IMG/VR virus record: IMGVR_UViG_3300037704_000074
Location: 1-50,115 of that record
DNA from: a virus
Lineage: Duplodnaviria > Caudoviricetes
Direction: 5' to 3' (one strand)
DNA: 50,115 bases
This document shows positions 44,609 through 50,115 of the stretch, one piece after another. A program made the translations under genes and the position numbers. Each line of letters begins with the position of its first letter. The stretch's first letter is position 1. The notes under the pieces are model-generated. The model was not told the DNA's origin and searched no databases. It saw nothing but the letters and a program-made list of their open reading frames with translations.

Positions 44609-45535
44609 ATGCCGGCGCCGATCGTCGTTTCACATAGCGAGCTGGACGCGATTCGCCAGTGCGGCCACAAAGCGGACCTCGCCTACTTCCAGCGCTGGTC
44701 TCCGATCACGACTTCCCCATCGCTGGCGATCGGGCGCGTCTGGCACGAGATGATGGCCGAACACTATCGGGCCCTGCAATCGGGCGCCACCGACACGGCA
44801 CGCCTCAATGCCGTCGCGCGGATCTTGGTGCTGGCCGACACCGAAGACCCGGAGCGGGCCGATCTGCTCGGATGGATGTACGACGGCCACTGTGAAGTGT
44901 ACGGCACCGACCCCGACTGGGAGATCGTATCAGTCGAGGACCAAAGGCTCATTCGTCTCCCGACCACCACCGGCCGCGCCTCGAGGTTCTATCTGCGGAT
45001 GCGCGCCGACCTCATCATCCGGGAGCGGAACATAAAAAAGCCCAAGCTGTGGCTGGTCGACCACAAGAGCGGCAAGAATCTGCCCGTGGAGAAGGAACTC
45101 GATCTAGACGACCAGTTCGGCCTGTACACCTGGGGCCTGCGCCGCCTGGGCGACGACATCTTCGGGGCGATCTACTCCGCAGCCCGGACCCAGCGCAACG
45201 TGTCCGAGCCTCAGACGTTGGATTCCCGATTCAGCCGTACTCGGCTGTACCGCACCGATCGCGAGCTGGAAACGATCGCGCGCGAAGCCTTCGCCACGGC
45301 CCGGGCCTTTTACCGATACCGCCCGGGCGAGGCCCCCCGGGCACCCGACACTTCCCCGATCGGACCCAGTCGGTGCCGGTTCAAGTGCCCATTCACCGAG
45401 CCCTGCCTGCTGGGTCGCAAGGCCGGTCCGGCCGTCGAGCAGCACTTCCTACGGGACGGCGGGTTCGTCCAGCTTACCGAGGACGAGCAGCTCGCCGAGC
45501 GCGGATACCCCGATCCTCTGCAGCCCCCAAACTGA
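44609..45535 (+). CDS. PD-(D/E)XK RecB/Cas4-like exonuclease
   Basis: 'SHSELD..RQC', 'G.VWH', 'ADL....LVDHKS', 'QFGLY', C-terminal 'C.FKCPF...C'. Confidence 0.88.
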   Translation: MPAPIVVSHSELDAIRQCGHKADLAYFQRWSPITTSPSLAIGRVWHEMMAEHYRALQSGATDTARLNAVARILVLADTEDPERADLLGWMYDGHCEVYGTDPDWEIVSVEDQRLIRLPTTTGRASRFYLRMRADLIIRERNIKKPKLWLVDHKSGKNLPVEKELDLDDQFGLYTWGLRRLGDDIFGAIYSAARTQRNVSEPQTLDSRFSRTRLYRTDRELETIAREAFATARAFYRYRPGEAPRAPDTSPIGPSRCRFKCPFTEPCLLGRKAGPAVEQHFLRDGGFVQLTEDEQLAERGYPDPLQPPN

Positions 45536-45579
45536 CGATCTCGTTTACAAAACGTTCACACGCCGTTCACACGGAAGGA

Positions 45580-45608
45580 TTGACAACGGGCCACGGGTGT
45601 GGTAGGAT
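45580..45608 (+). promoter_or_regulatory. Promoter
   Basis: TTGACA-acgggccacgggtgtgg-TAGGAT. Confidence 0.85.
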
Positions 45609-45614
45609 TTGGGT

Positions 45615-46115
45615 ATGGACACGGAAGCCACCAAGACGGAGGAGGCGGTCATGGAGACCACACGGCAGGAACAGGACCGGCGTACCCACGGCCCCGGATC
45701 GCTGGAAGCGTCGCGCCAGTGGATGCGGGACCGGGACCGGAAGGTCACAGACCGGCAGACCGCACAGAACCCCAGCCCCAGCGACATCAACGACTGGGAC
45801 TTCGAGGAGGGGCCGTTCAGCCCCCCACCGTTCAAGCAGGAGGAGGAGCCCATGTTCACGATCATCGACAGCCACACCAACGAGTCGGTCAAGGTCCGCA
45901 GCGAGGCCGTGGTCGAGCTGCTGAGCGGCGACGACGCGCAGTGGGACCGCACCAACGAGCAGCTTGAGGCCGAGGCCGAGCCCGTCACCACCGAGGGCGA
46001 CCCGGTCCTGTTCGACACCGAGTTGGAAGCCGCCAACTGGGCAGCCGACCAGCGCCTGGACGGCCGTCGCTACGCGATCGTGGCGGTCGAGGACGTCCTG
46101 AACCAGAGGGGTTGA
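45615..46115 (+). CDS. Acidic hypothetical protein (alternative SD-led starts at 45651 and 45852)
   Basis: ORF downstream of the promoter. Confidence 0.65.
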   Translation: MDTEATKTEEAVMETTRQEQDRRTHGPGSLEASRQWMRDRDRKVTDRQTAQNPSPSDINDWDFEEGPFSPPPFKQEEEPMFTIIDSHTNESVKVRSEAVVELLSGDDAQWDRTNEQLEAEAEPVTTEGDPVLFDTELEAANWAADQRLDGRRYAIVAVEDVLNQRG

Positions 46116-46140
46116 CAGCCGGCCACGGCTGTGGTATAAT
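46112..46140 (+). promoter_or_regulatory. Consensus promoter
   Basis: TTGACA-gccggccacggctgtgg-TATAAT. Confidence 0.92.
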
Positions 46141-46174
46141 GGGGGTTGTGGACAGACAACAGGAGGCGGGAACG

Positions 46175-46354
46175 ATGAGGAACCAGAGCCCAACGTTCGA
46201 GCAGCTACTCGCGATCGGTTGGACGCCCCCGGCCGACGATCTGCACGACGATCTGAGGTCCCCCAAGCAGGGCACGCCCCGACGGATCGAGGGCATCTAC
46301 GCCACCACCGGTCGTGAAGCCGGGTTTGATCGAGGACGGGGGAGCTACCGATGA
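46175..46354 (+). CDS. Hypothetical protein
   Basis: SD AGGAGG. Confidence 0.6.
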   Translation: MRNQSPTFEQLLAIGWTPPADDLHDDLRSPKQGTPRRIEGIYATTGREAGFDRGRGSYR

Positions 46355-47049
46355 CCACACGCAAGCAACGCAACGCAGAGGTCGAGGCGGCTGACGCCGC
46401 TATCAACGCAGTTTACGACGACATTCTGCAAGACCGCGATCGGGCCGAACGGGCATCACGCGAGGGCTTCCGACCCGAGCCCGGCGAGCAGTTCCAGATC
46501 ATGCGCGGCTACCAGCACGACGACACGATCTTCCGGGTGCGCGACTACGCCCCAATCACCAGCCCGCCCGAGCTGATCCAAAAAGCCTACAGTCTGCCCG
46601 AGCTGCCAACCGAGATCGTGAACGCCGCCCGCCTGGAACGTCACCACACGGCCATGGTCGGCACGGCGTTCCACACGTTCCCCACAGCGATCATGATCCC
46701 GGTGGGCTCCACCACCAAGGCGTACAGCGCCGCCAACGGCGGCCGCTCCAAGCCCCGGGCTCCGCGCAAGGCCGGCAGCGGCTTCTGCGAGCACTGCGGC
46801 GAACCCACCAAGGGCGGCCGGTTCATCCCGGGCCATGACGCCAAACTCAAGGGCGGGCTCATCCGTGAGGCCACGATCGAGGCCGCGGCCGAGCGCGTGA
46901 TCCGCGGCTGGTCCTCCGAGGCCGAGGCTTACGATCGCGGCAAGACGGGCACAGCCCAGCTTCGCAAGCTGGTCGCGCAAGGCGACGGGTTCTTGCGGAG
47001 CCGGATCGCGGCCCGCACCGGGCACGACCCAGGAGGTGCCGACCGATGA
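46351..47049 (+). CDS. Hypothetical protein with C..CG...F..GHDAKL motif
   Basis: 'FCEHCGEPTKGGRFIPGHDAKLKG'. Confidence 0.75.
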   Translation: MTTRKQRNAEVEAADAAINAVYDDILQDRDRAERASREGFRPEPGEQFQIMRGYQHDDTIFRVRDYAPITSPPELIQKAYSLPELPTEIVNAARLERHHTAMVGTAFHTFPTAIMIPVGSTTKAYSAANGGRSKPRAPRKAGSGFCEHCGEPTKGGRFIPGHDAKLKGGLIREATIEAAAERVIRGWSSEAEAYDRGKTGTAQLRKLVAQGDGFLRSRIAARTGHDPGGADR

Positions 47050-47285
47050 GTTGGTCCCGAACAGACGACCCGCTGGGCTGGCATACCCACAACGAGGGGT
47101 CGCACGCGCACCAGCGCGCAGACGAGGAACACCGGCACAAGCGTAACGCCAAGACCTACTTCCGAGGCGAGCGCCGATCAGACGGCATGCCTATCACCAA
47201 ATGCGAGGGCCACTGGTCGGTCGACCTCGACGTCCTCGATGACTGGGCCTACCCGAAGGAAGCGTTCACGGAGGCCGATCGCTAA
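47046..47285 (+). CDS. Hypothetical protein (His-rich)
   Basis: SD AGGAGG; coupled. Confidence 0.6.
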   Translation: MSWSRTDDPLGWHTHNEGSHAHQRADEEHRHKRNAKTYFRGERRSDGMPITKCEGHWSVDLDVLDDWAYPKEAFTEADR

Positions 47286-47530
47286 TGCCTTTCCCTCCGA
47301 TCATCCCGCGCAAGATCGGGCCGATGTTCCCCGTCACAGACGAGCTGGTTGCCGACGCCGAATGGTTCCAGCGGGTGTTCGACCGGGCGATCCAGGAGCT
47401 ATGGTACGCGGTGCGGTTCAACGAGCACCCGACGCCGGTCATGGCCTCGATCGAGGGCACGCCCGCCCACTGGGACAGTCGGGTCTGGGTCGAGGAAGAG
47501 ATCGACTACTCGTTCGGCGGCAACCCATGA
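47285..47530 (+). CDS. Hypothetical protein
   Basis: TAATG coupling. Confidence 0.6.
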   Translation: MPFPPIIPRKIGPMFPVTDELVADAEWFQRVFDRAIQELWYAVRFNEHPTPVMASIEGTPAHWDSRVWVEEEIDYSFGGNP

Positions 47531-47715
47531 ACCTGCCGGCGTGGTGGCTGCGAGATCAGGCGGTTCAGGCCAGCCGAGCCTTCAACAACCACGTCCGCGA
47601 CTGCCCCTATTGCGACCCGCTGTCTAACGAGCTGTGCTGGCTGGGCGACGATCTGAACGACGAGGCCAGCGCTGCCGCGGCCCTGGCTCTGATCGCCGAG
47701 ACCAATGAATCTTGA
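47527..47715 (+). CDS. Small Zn-binding-like protein
   Basis: 'H...CPYC......C..G'. Confidence 0.6.
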   Translation: MNLPAWWLRDQAVQASRAFNNHVRDCPYCDPLSNELCWLGDDLNDEASAAAALALIAETNES

Positions 47716-47899
47716 CTGCGATTGCCCGGGTTGGCACGCCGACGTAATCCGGCCGGGTTCCGATCCGCAAGAGGGCGTCCATCTCGTTTGGGAGCCTGGA
47801 TATTGGGGACCCCGAGGAAGCGTTTGCCCGCGACCCGCGACTCAGGAGGACGGCCTTTGTGACGAGTGCCGGCTCCGTTGGTTCGAATCCGGGGATTGA
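47705..47899 (+). CDS. Small Cys-rich protein
   Basis: 'CDC...H...C......LCDEC'. Confidence 0.55.
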   Translation: MNLDCDCPGWHADVIRPGSDPQEGVHLVWEPGYWGPRGSVCPRPATQEDGLCDECRLRWFESGD

Positions 47900-47924
47900 C
47901 ACAGAGCTTCCGGTCTGCTACGAT
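47896..47924 (+). promoter_or_regulatory. Promoter
   Basis: TTGACA-N17-TACGAT with TG extension. Confidence 0.8.
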
Positions 47925-47991
47925 CGGGTTGGAGGGGCGCAATCAGCACCCCAGGCAGCGGGCGGCAAGCCCGCAGGAGGAGGAGAGTTCG

Positions 47992-48300
47992 ATGGCGGAG
48001 ACACTCACGATCAAGGTGGCCGAAGGCACCTGTGGCGATGGCTGCGGACAGCCGGTTGCCAAGGGCCGCACGTTCAAGCAGGGCCACGACGCCAAGCTTC
48101 GCGGAATCCTCGGTCGCGCCTACAAGGCCGGCCAGACCGTGGCCTACAACGGCAAGACCAGCTCGGCCGAGGCCGCGCTGAAGCAGCACGGATTCCCGAT
48201 TCCCCCGGCGCCCAAGCCCCGCAAGCCGCGGGCGAAGGCCGCTGGCAAGCGGACGACCCGCAAGGGAACCGCCAAGCGGAGCACCCGCAAGGCTTCCTGA
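47992..48300 (+). CDS. Small basic protein: C..GCG...GHDAKL motif plus Lys/Arg/Ala histone-like tail
   Basis: SD AGGAGGAGGAG; own promoter and terminator. Confidence 0.8.
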   Translation: MAETLTIKVAEGTCGDGCGQPVAKGRTFKQGHDAKLRGILGRAYKAGQTVAYNGKTSSAEAALKQHGFPIPPAPKPRKPRAKAAGKRTTRKGTAKRSTRKAS

Positions 48301-48311
48301 ACACAGGAGGG

Positions 48312-48348
48312 CGACTCGCCCCCGGACCCGCCTCCGGGGGCGTCGTCG
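48312..48348 (+). terminator. Hairpin terminator
   Basis: CGCCCCCGGA-cccgcc-TCCGGGGGCG, 10-bp stem after the stop codon. Confidence 0.65.
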
Positions 48349-48357
48349 TGCCCGGGA

Positions 48358-48386
48358 TTGACAGCCGGCCCCGGCCGTGCTATCGT
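48358..48386 (+). promoter_or_regulatory. Promoter driving the putative ncRNA
   Basis: TTGACA-gccggccccggccgtgc-TATCGT. Confidence 0.82.
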
Positions 48387-48391
48387 GGCTG

Positions 48392-48830
48392 CCGCCTGAT
48401 CCGTAGGCCCGGGCCGGGTCAGGAAGGGGTAGCGACCTCGACAGGGGTGCCCCGTCGGGAAGCGGGCGGGTCGGGATGCCGGCCCGTGCCGCCCCGATTC
48501 GAAGATTCCGTCGCAGGGCAGGCGTCCGTCTCTCTGGCAAGCCGCGGCCCCTAACGTCGACGGACAGGCGCGTGGGCCGGATGGAGCCGTGCCGGTGGTG
48601 AGCCGCCGCCCGGTGGGCGGTGAGACCCAAGACAGCGAGGTTGCGGGATCTCGGGACGGAGACCGGCCCCGATCTGGCCCACGGCCGTTCAGAGGGTGCG
48701 GGGCGGCGTCCATAGCGCCGTTGCCGTGCAAGCGGGGTCACGCCCGCGCGGGATAGGCCCCCGGGCTCGTGACAGCCTGGGGGCCGAGTCCCGTCCCCGA
48801 CGCCCCGCCCTGCCGGCCCCGTGCCCTCCG
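48392..48830 (+). ncRNA. Putative large structured non-coding RNA (3' end uncertain, up to ~48950)
   Basis: Dedicated promoter, no credible SD-led ORF, about ten mutually compatible helices found by eye, several with G-U pairs. Confidence 0.6.
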
Positions 48831-48957
48831 GTGACACGCGGACGGGCCCCGGGTACCCAGGCACCGGACGACGTCCCCTCGACGCCCCGGGAGCCCCCCG
48901 CAAACCCGCCACGCCAAGGGTCCTGCAGAAGACATGCTAATCGACATGGTCCAAGTA

Positions 48958-48986
48958 TTGACAGGAGGCCACGAGTGTGCTATGAT
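48958..48986 (+). promoter_or_regulatory. Promoter
   Basis: TTGACA-ggaggccacgagtgtgc-TATGAT. Confidence 0.88.
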
Positions 48987-49016
48987 TTAGGGTATCAGAC
49001 AAGAGGAGGGATCGAG

Positions 49017-49274
49017 ATGGCGAAGATCACCGCGAACGGAGCCACAGAGGTCGCCCGCTGGGCGCTGATGGTTCGGTCCGAAGACGGCGAGTGGGGCGTT
49101 CCCGCGGGATCGGCGCTTCTGAGGTCAGACGGTGTCGTTCTCCGCAAGGGCACGATCAAGGGCGAGCGCTGGACCCGAGCCTTCACGCTCAAGGCCCAGC
49201 CCACCGACTACAGCTACGTCGAGGCAGCCGTGCGGGTTCTGTCCCGCCGCGGCTACGAGCTGAGGAGGATCTGA
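49017..49274 (+). CDS. Hypothetical protein
   Basis: SD AGAGGAGG; 'LRSDGVVLRK'. Confidence 0.75.
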   Translation: MAKITANGATEVARWALMVRSEDGEWGVPAGSALLRSDGVVLRKGTIKGERWTRAFTLKAQPTDYSYVEAAVRVLSRRGYELRRI

Positions 49275-49588
49275 TGAGACGGGCCCTGTTGATTCTGGCC
49301 CTGCTTGTAGCGGCCGTTCCCGGCGCCGTTCAGGCAACGGAGCAGCCACAGACCCGCGAGCGCTGCGAGTGGGCGGGTATGCCGTATTTGGACTGCGTCA
49401 CGGCCGGGTTCGCTTGGGTGATCATCGGCACGGACGGGGACGATCGGCTCGTCGGGTACGACAACGACGACATCATCCGATCGGGCAAGGGCGCCGACTT
49501 CGTCAACGGACGGGGCGGGCGCGATGTTTGCTACATCCAGCCTCCGGACACGGTGAAGGGCTGCGAGCAAGTGAGGAGGACACGATGA
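49274..49588 (+). CDS. Small secreted protein with RTX-like Ca-binding repeats
   Basis: Signal peptide; GTDGDD, GYDNDD, SGKGAD, GRGGRD. Confidence 0.75.
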   Translation: MRRALLILALLVAAVPGAVQATEQPQTRERCEWAGMPYLDCVTAGFAWVIIGTDGDDRLVGYDNDDIIRSGKGADFVNGRGGRDVCYIQPPDTVKGCEQVRRTR

Positions 49589-49938
49589 GAAAGACGATCG
49601 CCGCGCTTGCGATAGCGGTGATGTTCCTGCTCAGCGCCGGACCGGCGCAGGCTTGGGAGATCATCGCACGCGACCGAGGCTACGGGTACGCCGAGGTCAA
49701 CGCCTGGACTCGGAACTTCCACCAGGTGGCGTTCATCGCCGTGTACACCGGCCACGCCGACATTCTGACGATGATCCGGTGCCCGAACGGGTTCCGCGAC
49801 CGCCACTGGTGGACCGACTCTGGCCCGCGTTTCCGCTACGTCGTTTACGGCGTGCCGGGTGGAATGCGCTGCGTGCAGCGGTTCGTCGTTGATCTTTCCA
49901 GCAACAACTACGTCGGAGCCGCGGTCGCGGCCCAATAG
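49585..49938 (+). CDS. Secreted hypothetical protein
   Basis: Signal peptide MRKTIAALAIAVMFLLSAGPAQA; SD GAGGAGG. Confidence 0.75.
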   Translation: MRKTIAALAIAVMFLLSAGPAQAWEIIARDRGYGYAEVNAWTRNFHQVAFIAVYTGHADILTMIRCPNGFRDRHWWTDSGPRFRYVVYGVPGGMRCVQRFVVDLSSNNYVGAAVAAQ

Positions 49939-50115
49939 CCCAGGCATAGATTGAGCCCGGACCCCGCGTGCACAGGGTCCGGGCTCTAGTCTTCCGGATC
50001 GGTCTCCAGGGGAGGGGCGACCTTAGCCGGAAGATCCTGGGTAGGTCGGCGTCTTGGGCGCCCCAAGCAGCCAACCCAGTGCCGGCCAGCGACTCTCAAG
50101 GAGCCGGACGATCAG
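49691..50115. repeat. Terminal direct repeat, right copy
   Basis: Matches 1-425 with 7 substitutions. Confidence 0.97.

Noticed and set aside
47875-47895. GGTTCGAATCC resembling a tRNA T-loop
   Set aside because: T-stem pairs poorly, no acceptor/D/anticodon arms, and it lies in a coding frame (WFES).
48560-48750. Group I intron-like words (TTGCGGGA, GTTCAGAGGG) in the putative ncRNA
   Set aside because: No canonical S element, too little room for P6, and no interrupted host gene; resemblance is too weak to assign without a covariance-model search.
47842-48912. Long ORFs across the putative ncRNA (356 aa and 195 aa on minus, and the 5' extension of 48696-49274 on plus)
   Set aside because: Arg/Gly/Pro-rich GC shadow frames, antisense to or overlapping real genes, with no SD or motif.

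Overview
This window is an essentially complete genome (unit length ~49,690 bp) of a high-GC tailed phage with HK97-type head and siphovirus-type tail genes, probably infecting an actinobacterium (WhiB, Rpf-like protein, sigma70/SigA-type promoters). The first 425 nt recur at the end (49691-50115) with 7 mismatches, so the contig closes into a circle. Transcription has two arms that start at back-to-back promoters at ~41.6 kb and converge on a hairpin at ~263-296. The minus arm carries replication genes (AAA ATPase, SSB-like, Prim-Pol/helicase, PolA, RuvC-like), a PurZ/PurZ0 cassette suggesting 2-aminoadenine (Z) DNA, Rpf-like and WhiB genes, ~10 kb of fibre/appendage-like genes upstream of the terminase, head genes, a glycosyltransferase/methyltransferase cassette inside the head operon, tail genes and lysis genes. 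The plus arm carries small early genes, each cluster behind a near-consensus TTGACA-N17-TAnnnT promoter. No integrase, tRNA or CRISPR array was seen. The main candidates for novelty are: a ~430-550 nt apparently non-coding, multi-helix transcript with its own promoter (48392-48950); the PurZ0-type cassette lacking a recognisable HD-domain DatZ; several genes apparently starting at ATA/ATC/ATT; a coiled-coil gene built from 18-nt repeats with variable inserts; and a family of promoters with related spacers. All calls are by eye from motifs and synteny; no searches or folding programs were run.
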